From an uncultured bacterium (GTDB lineage: Bacteria > Hydrogenedentota > Hydrogenedentia > Hydrogenedentales > JAEUWI01), in the NCBI GenBank assembly GCA_963977445.1, contig CAXBPH010000059.1, positions 1 to 30,383 on the forward strand: 30,383 nucleotides of DNA, given 5' to 3'. The notes beneath the pieces are model-generated. The model was not told the origin of the DNA. It saw only the letters and a list, made by a program, of their open reading frames with translations, and ran no database searches. Both the position numbers and the translations under genes were made by a program. This document shows, one piece after another, positions 9,574 to 18,240 of this stretch (positions within the stretch are counted from its first letter, which is position 1; each line of letters opens with the position of its first letter).

Positions 9574-10092
9574 ATGCCTGAAGTGAAAATTACACGCTGT
9601 GCCATTGTGTTGCTTTGGGCCACGTTGAATTTGATGAGTTGTTCGGTTGAGGAAGTCAATCGATTTCATAGTGAAGACCAGAATCCAAAATCGGGACGGG
9701 TTGCCATTCTGGAAGACAACGGCACGAGTTGCTGGCTCTACCTCACCGCCCCGAGAGAACGAGAGTTGGAAAAAGGCTGTCTGGTCTACTCAGCCGTCGA
9801 GCCGACATCAACGCTGAATGTAGAGGCCCTCGGGCACTCCGGTGAAACGCCGATGCTAAGCAGGGAATTCGCATCGGGCACCGCAATAATCAGTGGTGCC
9901 AAGGCAGAAAACTTCACGTTTGAATGGTCACAAGATGGAGATTCTGTCTGCGTAGTCTACCGAGGTAATCCCAAGACCATGTTGGTTGGTGAATCTGAAG
10001 ACGGCTTTTCGAAAGCGATTGCGAAGGAAGGGCTTTTCGGAAAACCCTGGGATCAGTCGGTCTATACGCAAACTTTTTCAACCACCAGGTAG
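9574..10092 (+). CDS. Hypothetical protein, possible lipoprotein, 172 aa
   Basis: Hydrophobic N-terminus ending LMSC; 'AILEDNGTSCWLYL' and 'FEWSQDGDSV' blocks; follows SUFU after 25 bp; start uncertain. Confidence 0.7.
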   Translation: MPEVKITRCAIVLLWATLNLMSCSVEEVNRFHSEDQNPKSGRVAILEDNGTSCWLYLTAPRERELEKGCLVYSAVEPTSTLNVEALGHSGETPMLSREFASGTAIISGAKAENFTFEWSQDGDSVCVVYRGNPKTMLVGESEDGFSKAIAKEGLFGKPWDQSVYTQTFSTTR

Positions 10093-10142
10093 CCCGGCGT
10101 TTTGTGTTGCCATGGGTTAGAAAAGGTCGAAATTTGACCGGT

Positions 10143-10178
10143 TAGTAATTGTAAAATTACTATGGCTAGCAGTATACT
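10143..10178 (+). promoter_or_regulatory. Promoter with an inverted repeat overlapping the -35
   Basis: TAGTAATT-gtaa-AATTACTA (10143..10162) overlapping TTGTAA-N18-TATACT. Confidence 0.45.
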
Positions 10179-10285
10179 GTCTACATAGATAGAGAAGAGA
10201 GACGGCAGTGCGGGCAATTGAAGGGATAACCCGTATCGCAATGAATCTGGAGCGAAAGCGGTGAATCGAACGAGGGAGAGTGGGC

Positions 10286-10756
10286 ATGCGTGGTCAAAAC
10301 AAGGTAATTATTGTTCGTGCTATTGAAGAGTATCTAATCGGTCAGTGTGAGGAAGTATTTCGGGAGTTCTATGCCCCGGACTGTGTGGCGGCAGGCCCCG
10401 ACGTCGCGGCCTGCGGGGATGGCACACCCATTCCCATGGACTGCGTAGCCTTCCGTGACCACAGCCTGATGTATAAATCCGCCTTTCCCGATATGGAGTT
10501 TCAGGTGGAAGACATCGTAGAAGAGGGTGATCGGGTCGCTGCCCGTTGGACGGTTCGGGGAAGTGACTGCGGCAACAGTGAAGCCATCAGTCTCCGTGAG
10601 CGCCTTTCCCCCGGTGACGCTGACTTTTGTACCAGTGGTGTGGTGTTTTGCCGCCTGAACCAGGGGAAAATCGTCGAGATCTGGCAGATGTCCAATCTGG
10701 TCAGCCTGCTCAAGCTCCGCAACTTCGATGTGGTCGCGCAAGACGCCGTCGTGTAA
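10286..10756 (+). CDS. SnoaL-like ester cyclase / NTF2-fold protein
   Basis: 'AFPDMEFQVEDIVEEGDRVAARWTVRG' and 'GKIVEIW'; GGAG 7 nt before ATG 10286 (alternative GTG 10280). Confidence 0.82.
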   Translation: MRGQNKVIIVRAIEEYLIGQCEEVFREFYAPDCVAAGPDVAACGDGTPIPMDCVAFRDHSLMYKSAFPDMEFQVEDIVEEGDRVAARWTVRGSDCGNSEAISLRERLSPGDADFCTSGVVFCRLNQGKIVEIWQMSNLVSLLKLRNFDVVAQDAVV

Positions 10757-10802
10757 AGGGCTCTGCAAAGCCCGCCAGCCCCTCGAATTGTAGCCCTCCT
10801 AT

Positions 10803-10829
10803 GGCCTCCTGAAAAGGAGGCCGTTTTTT
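10803..10829 (+). terminator. Intrinsic terminator
   Basis: ggcctcct-gaaa-aggaggcc followed by gtttttt. Confidence 0.88.
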
Positions 10830-10843
10830 ATGGTGTCCGTAAA

Positions 10844-10872
10844 TTGACATTTTTTCCATTTCCGGATATACT
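10844..10872 (+). promoter_or_regulatory. Near-consensus sigma70 promoter of the GGDEF-RHH gene
   Basis: TTGACA-N17-TATACT. Confidence 0.85.
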
Positions 10873-10879
10873 TGCTTGT

Positions 10880-10905
10880 ACATACATAGGATATCCTATG
10901 TATGT
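10880..10905. promoter_or_regulatory. Perfect 26-bp palindrome, candidate operator
   Basis: ACATACATAGGAT|ATCCTATGTATGT, starting 7 bp after the -10 element. Confidence 0.75.
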
Positions 10906-10929
10906 GAACAGTAGGTTTGGAGCCGCGTT

Positions 10930-11589
10930 GTGGAAAAAGCATACGAACACCCTATGGATGCGTTAACCGGGCTGGCAGATCGTCCGTCCTTCGACGCTCA
11001 GTTGGAGGCGTGGATCGCCAAAAAGCGCCGGAGTCCGGCCTTGCTCTCCGTGGTGGTGGCTGATGTAGACCTTTTTGGTGCCATAAACGATGAATATGGT
11101 CGGGCCGGCGGTGATGGGGTGCTGTGTGCATTGGCTGCGGCCTTGCAAGCTCACTTGCCCGCGCCCGCCACCGTGTTTCGTTTTGGCGGCGATGCTTTCG
11201 CGGCATTGCTCCCGGAAGTGGAGAAGGAACAGGCATTCCTCCAGATGGAAGCCTTTCGCGTATCCTTTTCCGAGGAGCGGAAGCTATCCATCGCGGAGAA
11301 GACCGTGTCGATGGCGGTGACGGTGAGTATGGGGCTCAGCACCTTCCCCGATGATGGTGCGAAGGCGCAGGATGTGATTCACAAGGCGAATGAGGCCCTC
11401 TATCGTGCGAAGGTCTCGGGCCGCAATAAGATTTGTCTGGCCCGGGAGGAGAAGATGGTGACGAAAACGAGTCATTATATGCAGGGCCAGCTCCTGGGAC
11501 TCCGTCGGTTGGCCGAGCGCGAAAAAATCGGTGAGGCCTTGCTGCTTCGTGAGGCGCTGAATGACCTGTTGCGGAAACACAACGCCTGA
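10930..11589 (+). CDS. GGDEF-domain protein (GGDAF variant) fused to a C-terminal ribbon-helix-helix domain
   Basis: GGAG RBS and GTG start; DALTGL, DVDLFGAINDEYG, RFGGDAF, ALYRAKVSGRN; C-terminal 'MVTKTSHY-QGQLLGLRRLAERE-KIG-EALLLREALNDLL' has the strand-helix-helix RHH pattern. Confidence 0.85.
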   Translation: MEKAYEHPMDALTGLADRPSFDAQLEAWIAKKRRSPALLSVVVADVDLFGAINDEYGRAGGDGVLCALAAALQAHLPAPATVFRFGGDAFAALLPEVEKEQAFLQMEAFRVSFSEERKLSIAEKTVSMAVTVSMGLSTFPDDGAKAQDVIHKANEALYRAKVSGRNKICLAREEKMVTKTSHYMQGQLLGLRRLAEREKIGEALLLREALNDLLRKHNA

Positions 11590-11607
11590 CCCGGCGAAAA
11601 GGCTGCC

Positions 11608-12174
11608 ATGAACGAGATACTACGATGCACGTGGCCCAAGGACGACTATGATATCGCCTACCACGATACCGTGTGGGGCGTACCGGTTCATGATGATCGG
11701 CTGCTCTTTGAATTTTTGACCCTGGAGGGTGCCCAGGCGGGCCTGAGCTGGAACACCATCCTGCGACGTCGGGAAGGGTATCAGAAAGCGTTCGCAAATT
11801 TTGATGTGGAGAAGGTGGCGCGATTTACGGAGAAAAAACAGGAGGCCCTGCGTGAAGACACGGGCATTATCCGGAATCGGCTGAAAATTGCGTCGACGGT
11901 GACCAACGCCCAGGCCTTTATCAAGGTACAGGACGAGTTCGGTAGTTTCGATGCCTATATCTGGCGTTTTGTCGACGGTGCGCCCATCATCAATCACTGG
12001 AAGACCATGAACGAGGTGCCGGCAAGCACGGCCATCTCCGACGTGATGAGTAAGGACCTGAAGAAGCGTGGTTTTCGTTTCGTAGGAACGACCATATGTT
12101 ACGCCCACATGCAGGCCACAGGTATGGTGAATGATCATACCGTAGATTGCTATCGCCACCGGGAGTTGTCCTGA
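11608..12174 (+). CDS. tag: DNA-3-methyladenine glycosylase I
   Basis: RCxW, YHDxxWG, LEGAQAGLSW, GIIRNRLKI, GFRFVG and VNDHxxxC zinc-ligand motifs. Confidence 0.97.
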   Translation: MNEILRCTWPKDDYDIAYHDTVWGVPVHDDRLLFEFLTLEGAQAGLSWNTILRRREGYQKAFANFDVEKVARFTEKKQEALREDTGIIRNRLKIASTVTNAQAFIKVQDEFGSFDAYIWRFVDGAPIINHWKTMNEVPASTAISDVMSKDLKKRGFRFVGTTICYAHMQATGMVNDHTVDCYRHRELS

Positions 12175-12201
12175 CGGCATAGCCATCAGGGAAGAAGAGA
12201 A

Positions 12202-12359
12202 CTCGTTCCCAAGCTCCGCTTGGGAATGCATTCCTCTAAGCTCTGCTTAGAATATTCGCAAGTGAACATCAAGTTCGGTTCGAGGAGTTTGGATATGCCA
12301 TGTCGGCGTACGGAGCGGAGCTCCAATACCTGCATTCCCAAGCAGAGCTTGGGAACGAG
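12202..12359. mobile_element. REPIN/MITE-like element, 158 bp
   Basis: 29-bp terminal inverted repeats ctcgttcccaagctc(c/t)gcttgggaatgca with 1 mismatch, each itself a hairpin; internal degenerate copies. Confidence 0.85.
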
Positions 12360-12371
12360 AGTTAATAAACT

Positions 12372-12947
12372 ATGGCAACCTTTACAGAGAATTTAACCGA
12401 CAAGCACCAGACCTTTATTCAGAAGCAACATCTATTCTTCGTGGCGACGGCACCTGCGGCGGAAGGCAGGATTAATTTGTCCCCCAAGGGCCTGGATACC
12501 TTTCGCATTCTCGATGATACGACCGTGGCCTACCTGGACCTGACGGGTAGTGGTAATGAAACCGCCGCGCACTTGACAGCGAATGGGCGGGTTACGTTAA
12601 TGTTCTGCGCTTTCGATGGTGCGCCCCTGATTCTGCGCATCTACGGGACCGGGCGGGTCATTCGACCGGAAGATGTAGATTGGTCACGACGCGCGGGAGG
12701 CTTCCCGACACTGCCGGGTGCCCGGCAAATTATGGAAATTAAAATTGACTCAGTTCAGACGTCCTGCGGTTATGCCGTACCCGAATACACCTACGTGGCC
12801 GACCGAAAAGCGCTGCTGAACTGGGCAGAGAAGAAAGGTCCGGAGGCGCTGGAAGCCTACCGCGACAGCAACAATAAAATGAGTATCGACGGCGAGCCGA
12901 CCGGCTACAAATCGATTACAAGCGTACACCGATTAGAAAAGGAATAA
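12372..12947 (+). CDS. Pyridoxamine 5'-phosphate oxidase family FMN-binding protein
   Basis: FFVATAP, NLSPKG, YLDLTGSGNETAAH and VQTSCGYAVP motifs. Confidence 0.92.
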   Translation: MATFTENLTDKHQTFIQKQHLFFVATAPAAEGRINLSPKGLDTFRILDDTTVAYLDLTGSGNETAAHLTANGRVTLMFCAFDGAPLILRIYGTGRVIRPEDVDWSRRAGGFPTLPGARQIMEIKIDSVQTSCGYAVPEYTYVADRKALLNWAEKKGPEALEAYRDSNNKMSIDGEPTGYKSITSVHRLEKE

Positions 12948-12950
12948 GAA

Positions 12951-14357
12951 ATGGCCAGGAATATCTATGAAAAAATCTGGGATGCCCACGTGGTGGCCGA
13001 GCCCAAAGGACAAGACACCATCTTGTATATCGACCGGCACTACGTCCACGAAGTAACCTCCCCCCAGGCCTTCGAAGGCTTGCGCCTCAATGGCCGTAAG
13101 GTCCGTCGTCCCGACTTGACCTTTGCAACCATGGATCACAATATCCCCACGACAGACCGCTCGATCCCGATTCAGGATCCCCTTTCCAAGCAGCAAGTCG
13201 AAACCCTCAAGGCGAACTGCGACGAAGTGGGAATCACCTGCTTCGACATGCACGACCGGCGCAACGGTATCGTCCACGTCATCGGGCCGGAACAGGGTCT
13301 TACCACCCCCGGCATGACCATCGTTTGTGGTGACTCCCATACGTCGACCCACGGTGCCTTTGGTGCCCTGGCCCACGGCATCGGCACCTCGGAAGTGGAA
13401 CACGTCCTCGCCACCCAGACCTTGCTCCAGAAGCGTTCCAAGACCATGGAAGTGCGCGTCAACGGTGTATTGCCCGTCGGCGTTACGGCGAAAGACATCA
13501 CGTTGGCGGTCATCGGCAAAATCGGCACGGCCGGCGGCACCGGTTACGTCATCGAATACACCGGTGATGCCATCCGCGCCCTCAGCATGGAAGGCCGCAT
13601 GACGGTCTGTAACATGAGCATCGAAGGGGGTGCCCGGGCCGGATTGATTTCGCCGGACCAGAAAACCATCGACTACCTCAAGGGCCGTCCGTTCATTCCG
13701 ACGGACCGCGACTGGGACGAGATGGCGAAAGAATGGTTGGCACTTGCTTCCGATGAAGGCTGCACCTATGACGTGTTGGTCGAGTTGAACGCCGCCGACA
13801 TTCAGCCACAGATCACTTGGGGCACCTCGCCCGGCATGGTGCGTGGCGTAAACGATAAAACGCCCGTGTTGTCCGAGCTCGCCGGAAACGAAAAGCTCTC
13901 TACCGCCAGCGCCTTGAAATACATGGACCTTGCCGAGGGCTTGCCCTTGACGGAAATCAAGATCAACAAAATGTTCCTGGGCTCCTGCACCAACGGCCGT
14001 ATCGAAGATCTTCGCGCGGCCGCCAGCGTGGCCAAGGGCTACAAGGTAAACCCGAGTCTCGACGCTGCGCTTGTGGTGCCGGGTTCCTACGAAGTGAAGA
14101 AGGCCGCCGAAGCCGAAGGTCTCGACCAGATCTTCAAAGACGCTGGATTCGAATGGCGTGAACCAGGGTGCTCCATGTGTCTCGCCATGAACGATGACAT
14201 CTTGCAGCCAGGCGACCGTTGCGCTTCGACTTCCAACCGTAATTTCGAAGGACGTCAGGGCAAAGGCAGCCGCACCCATTTGGTGAGTCCTGCCATGGCC
14301 GTGGCCGCCGCAATCTCTGGCCACTTCGTCGACATCCGCGAGTGGAAGTTTAACTAA
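12951..14357 (+). CDS. leuC: 3-isopropylmalate dehydratase large subunit
   Basis: [40 protein letters not shown] and [12 protein letters not shown]. Confidence 0.99.
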   Translation: MARNIYEKIWDAHVVAEPKGQDTILYIDRHYVHEVTSPQAFEGLRLNGRKVRRPDLTFATMDHNIPTTDRSIPIQDPLSKQQVETLKANCDEVGITCFDMHDRRNGIVHVIGPEQGLTTPGMTIVCGDSHTSTHGAFGALAHGIGTSEVEHVLATQTLLQKRSKTMEVRVNGVLPVGVTAKDITLAVIGKIGTAGGTGYVIEYTGDAIRALSMEGRMTVCNMSIEGGARAGLISPDQKTIDYLKGRPFIPTDRDWDEMAKEWLALASDEGCTYDVLVELNAADIQPQITWGTSPGMVRGVNDKTPVLSELAGNEKLSTASALKYMDLAEGLPLTEIKINKMFLGSCTNGRIEDLRAAASVAKGYKVNPSLDAALVVPGSYEVKKAAEAEGLDQIFKDAGFEWREPGCSMCLAMNDDILQPGDRCASTSNRNFEGRQGKGSRTHLVSPAMAVAAAISGHFVDIREWKFN

Positions 14358-14414
14358 GATGGAAGATGTGACGTGTGTAACACGGGCACGACCAGTCAGC
14401 AACGAGAAACGTCT

Positions 14415-14543
14415 GGGTGCCACGGACAAGCCCTGTAGGGCTTGCCCGTGTGGGAACCGGAGACTGGCTGAACGCCTGTTGCATGTCGTTTGTACACCCT
14501 GTTTCAGCCGAGACAAGGGCTATCGCCCCTTGACCGCGGCACC
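14415..14543. repeat. Degenerate REPIN (GGGTGCCAC family) between leuC and leuD
   Basis: Left gggtgc-cacggacaagccct-gt-agggcttgcccgtg; right end cttgaccgcggcacc is the inverted counterpart of ggtgccacggacaag (13/15). Confidence 0.65.
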
Positions 14544-14586
14544 ACAAGCAAACTAACCACGGCACAGTGCCGGAGGAGAATATACC

Positions 14587-15183
14587 ATGCAAAAATTTAC
14601 GATATTGAAGGGTGTCGTGGCTCCCTTGGAAGCCTTAAACGCCGACACGGACCAGATCATCCCCAAGCAGTTTTTGAAGCGTATCGAGCGCAGCGGCTAT
14701 GAAGACATGCTCTTCTATGACTGGCGCTACCTCGAAGACGGCAAGACACCTAATCCCGATTTCGAGATGAACGCTCCCCGCTATCAGGGCGCTTCCATCT
14801 TGTTGACCAAAGACAACTTCGGTTGCGGCTCTTCCCGCGAGCACGCCCCCTGGGCCCTCGACAATTACGGCATCCGTTGCATTATCGCGCCGTCCTTCGC
14901 CGACATTTTCTACGGCAATTGCTTCAACAACGGCATGTTGCCCATCGTGGTGGACTCTGACGTCGTCGATGGTCTCTTTCCCGAGGTCCGCGCGACAGAA
15001 GGCTACAGCCTCGAAATTGACTTGCCCAACCAGAACATCATCAAGCCCGACGGCAGCACCATCGCCTTCGACTTGAATCCCTTCCTCAAAGAGCGTTTGT
15101 TGAACGGCTGGGACCAGATCGGCCTCACCCTTCTTCACGACGAGGCCATCAGCACCTACGAAAAGAAACGCGGCATCGCCTGA
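14587..15183 (+). CDS. leuD: 3-isopropylmalate dehydratase small subunit
   Basis: [26 protein letters not shown] and SFADIF; RBS GGAGGAG. Confidence 0.99.
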   Translation: MQKFTILKGVVAPLEALNADTDQIIPKQFLKRIERSGYEDMLFYDWRYLEDGKTPNPDFEMNAPRYQGASILLTKDNFGCGSSREHAPWALDNYGIRCIIAPSFADIFYGNCFNNGMLPIVVDSDVVDGLFPEVRATEGYSLEIDLPNQNIIKPDGSTIAFDLNPFLKERLLNGWDQIGLTLLHDEAISTYEKKRGIA

Positions 15184-15203
15184 ATTGAGTAATTGAATAT
15201 CCC

Positions 15204-15236
15204 AACGGCCCCAACCCAAAACGGTTGGGGCCGTTT
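15204..15236 (+). terminator. Hairpin/terminator after leuD
   Basis: aacggccccaacc-N6-ggttggggccgtt, 13-bp stem, short U tail. Confidence 0.65.
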
Positions 15237-15243
15237 CAACAGG

Positions 15244-15267
15244 GACTCAGACATTCCTGTCTGAGCC
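15244..15267. repeat. REP-like hairpin (GACATTCCTGTC core)
   Basis: ctcagaca-ttcc-tgtctgag; partial second copy attcctgtctgag near 15479. Confidence 0.5.
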
Positions 15268-15544
15268 ACCGGGAAACAAAAAGTGACCGGGGGAAACATC
15301 AAGGGTGTCACCTATACGGACACGAGGAACGAGTGGCCTTATGGGTGCCGGGTCGGCCCGTTCTCTTCGCTCTGCCCGTTGTTACTGGCGTTCCACACAC
15401 GAACCGACGTTGTCGGATCGCCCTCCTGCGGCGCGTCTACGACGTGGCACGGCAGATTTTGTTCACAGGACCCTGGGTATTCCTGTCTGAGACAAGGCTC
15501 TCTTTGCTCAAGCGGAGGCCCGAGTACGCTCCCAAGCCCCTTCG

Positions 15545-16285
15545 CTATTCGCCGCCTCGGTCATGGCCCTCGCCCCGATAAAAATGGTCGGGCACGTGGT
15601 CATCGGCCATGAGGCGACTTCGGGCAAAACCGGCATACTTGGTCTTGGGGGCACGCTTCAAAATCTGGCGCAGCAAGTTTTGCCCGGCGGCCTTGTCGTG
15701 CAAATACATTTCGAGCAACTCCGCCAGCAGAAAAGAGGCCCGGGCCCACACGTCATCGTCCTCACGAAATTTTCCGACAATCTGTCTGTAGGTGTCGGCC
15801 GCGTCGTTGTGTTGCCCTTCTTTGGTTTGGAGGAGACCAATCGCGAAGAGGGCCTGGGGGCTGGTCGGGTCTTCGCGGAAATAGCGTCGGTATTGGTCGA
15901 TGGCCCCCTCGACATTGCCGCCCCGCTCCAGGGCCTTGGCCTTGCTGAAGTCACTCTCCAGCTTGAGGCCGGTGTTGAGTCCAAACAACGCTTCTGCACT
16001 ACCACTGGATACGGCCTCCAGAAAAAATCGTGCATAGACAATCGACGGCACAAAACCCAAGAGGCTGTTCAGCCGCAAGAAGGTGGCCAGACTGATGGCG
16101 CTGTCTGATAGGGACACGGCCAGCGGTATGGCACCGAGAAAATGGATGACGACCGCGCCGCCCACGACCGCAAAGCCCGTCGAGATACCTTTGGGCATGC
16201 GGCCTTCCATATTCTGACGAAGGACCACACCGGCAATGGCCAGGCTAATGTCGGTCACAAGTAAGATAAAGACGGGAAAGTTCAT
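15545..16285 (-). CDS. Membrane protein with C-terminal TPR repeats
   Basis: About three hydrophobic N-terminal segments, then TPR-like helices (ALFAIGLL, AADTYRQIV, ASFLLAELL); no clear RBS. Confidence 0.75.
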   Translation of the reverse strand: MNFPVFILLVTDISLAIAGVVLRQNMEGRMPKGISTGFAVVGGAVVIHFLGAIPLAVSLSDSAISLATFLRLNSLLGFVPSIVYARFFLEAVSSGSAEALFGLNTGLKLESDFSKAKALERGGNVEGAIDQYRRYFREDPTSPQALFAIGLLQTKEGQHNDAADTYRQIVGKFREDDDVWARASFLLAELLEMYLHDKAAGQNLLRQILKRAPKTKYAGFARSRLMADDHVPDHFYRGEGHDRGGE

Positions 16286-16557
16286 CGGCTTGGGTATTCC
16301 AGCACTGAAAGGCGTCCATGCCCGGAATATTTCCGAGACTCACGTGAGTGTAGCCGATGAATTGCGGTCTGTCCAGCCAAACGAGATACGGTCGTTATAA
16401 ACTCCGCCAATGCAATGTGTGTCTACATCATAGTTAATCCCCGGTTCTGCCGGTGAGAATTCATCAGGCTCTGTCGTTCCGTGGAGTTCTTCTACGGTTA
16501 GCTCAAGCAGCGTAATTTTTGCCGTGTTGCAGAATAGGGCGGCGCGAAGCGCTATTA

Positions 16558-16651
16558 GCCCCGCTGGGACTCCTATCGACGTGTGTCGACCAAAACCCAG
16601 GACTCGCTACGCTCGCCGCTGGGCTATGATATATCGCCCACTTCGTGGACT
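16558..16651. repeat. Degenerate REP/BIME-like composite repeat
   Basis: Same layout as 8565..8650: short hairpin, cccagg...ctgggcta hairpin, short hairpin (gcccacttcgtggact). Confidence 0.5.
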
Positions 16652-16767
16652 GAACCGCCCCGTTGCCGGGGCTTTCCTTATACCCCTGGCTCTGCCGGTG
16701 GTTGCTGATTAAGCGAAGATAGACTTTGATCAAGTCGAGTTCGTTATCAATACGTCTTTGACGTAAT

Positions 16768-16790
16768 GCCGACGAGCCGTCGGCGCTCCA
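16768..16790 (-). repeat. REP-like hairpin
   Basis: Minus strand tggagc-gccgacg-gct-cgtcggc, downstream of the OYE gene. Confidence 0.5.
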
Positions 16791-16865
16791 TAGCTCCAAG
16801 TCTGGAAAATTGGAAACGAAATGACTTGAAAAATGTCCGAGATGAATATTCGCCTATTTAGTGGC

Positions 16866-17966
16866 TTATGCCTCGCTGTATTCCGGGTAGTCCGTGTAGT
16901 GGGCCGCGCCGGGACTGCTCCAGGTCGTTGGGTCCGCCGCGTCCGCGAGGGGCCAGCCATGGGAGACACGGGCCACATAGTCCGGGTTGGTGATGAGTGG
17001 CCGGCCAATGGCGATAAGGTCCGCGTGTCCATCGGCAATGGCTGCCTCCGCCGCCTCGGCGGTATAGCCACAGTTCCCCATGAGGGTGCCGCTATATACG
17101 GCACGAAAATTCGCCAGGGTCATGGGCGTGCCCAGCTCGTGGAATCCGAAGGCCAGCCCATCCATGATATGGAGATAGGCCAGTCCGTAGGCGTCCAACT
17201 GAGTGGCCACGTAGGTGAAGGTTTCGCGAAAATCGGGCGACCCCATGTCGTTGAATACCCCATTGGGCGAAAGGCGAACGGCGACCCGCTCGGCAGGAAG
17301 GACCGTACAGACGGCTTCCACTACTTCTTTGAGAAGGCGGTAGCGGTTTTCCAGGCTGCCGCCATAGGCATCCGTGCGATGATTCGTTTTTGATTCAAGG
17401 AACTCGTCGAGGAGATAGCCATTGGCCGCGTGTATTTCCACGCCATCGAAGCCCGCATCACGGGCACGCTCGGCCGCCCGACGGTAATCCTCGACGATGC
17501 CGGGAAGCTCCTCCGTATCCAGCGCGCGGGGCACTTCATGGGGCTGCTTTCCATCCGCTGTGTGAACGCCTTCGCCGTTAATCGCGATGGCCGAGGGGGC
17601 CACCGGCAAGGCGCCACCATTGAAACTGCTGTGGGAGGCGCGACCCGTGTGCCAGAGTTGCAGAAAGATGGTGGAACCGGCGTCGTGCACCGTCTCCACA
17701 ATCGGCTTCCAGGCATCCCGCTGCCCGTCGGTATAGATGCCGGGACTGTCCACCCAGCCATTGCCCTGTTCCGAAATCGTGGTGGCTTCCGTGATGATGA
17801 GTCCCACCGACGCCCGCTGGCGATAGTACTCCGCCATAAGCGCGTTGGGCACGCGGGCCGCACCGGAACGTGCCCGGGTCATGGGGGCCATGGCGATGCG
17901 ATTGCGCACCTGGAGTGCACCGGATTGAAACGGGGAAAGCAAGTGCTTGGTCTTGGAATCAGTCAT
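16866..17966 (-). CDS. Alkene reductase, Old Yellow Enzyme family (NemA/XenB-like)
   Basis: MAPMTRAR, QLWHTGR, GFDGVEIHAANGYL and RLSP motifs; RBS GAGGAG. Confidence 0.96.
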   Translation of the reverse strand: MTDSKTKHLLSPFQSGALQVRNRIAMAPMTRARSGAARVPNALMAEYYRQRASVGLIITEATTISEQGNGWVDSPGIYTDGQRDAWKPIVETVHDAGSTIFLQLWHTGRASHSSFNGGALPVAPSAIAINGEGVHTADGKQPHEVPRALDTEELPGIVEDYRRAAERARDAGFDGVEIHAANGYLLDEFLESKTNHRTDAYGGSLENRYRLLKEVVEAVCTVLPAERVAVRLSPNGVFNDMGSPDFRETFTYVATQLDAYGLAYLHIMDGLAFGFHELGTPMTLANFRAVYSGTLMGNCGYTAEAAEAAIADGHADLIAIGRPLITNPDYVARVSHGWPLADAADPTTWSSPGAAHYTDYPEYSEA

Positions 17967-18012
17967 AGGGTCGCTCCTCGTGTTGGTTGTCCGGAAATCC
18001 GTCCGGAAAAAT

Positions 18013-18029
18013 TACTTTACATGAAAGTA
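18013..18029. promoter_or_regulatory. Candidate repressor site upstream of the OYE gene
   Basis: TACTTT-acatg-AAAGTA inverted repeat, ~47 bp upstream of the start. Confidence 0.35.
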
Positions 18030-18240
18030 TTCGGGAACAACAGGTTTAGGTGTGTCGGCGGGACGAAATAATGCCGTACAGGGCGAAAAGAGGCTATACA
18101 CCCCCCACATTCGCGAAAATCCGCGGTCGCAAGGGGCCAAAACGGCACGCAACGCCCCAATTTCGTGAAACGTCGAGCCAAATAGGTCAAATTCGCTATA
18201 CTATCCCCGAAAGTCACCTCCCCAACCAGGAAATTCCACC

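Noticed and set aside
12933..14516. 527-aa antisense ORF (likewise 898..2154, 3017..3982, 18214..19707, 24492..26237)
   Set aside because: Shadow frames opposite well-supported genes, expected from codon bias in GC-rich DNA
14359..14556. 65-aa Cys-rich ORF between leuC and leuD
   Set aside because: Coincides with REP hairpins and has no recognisable motif
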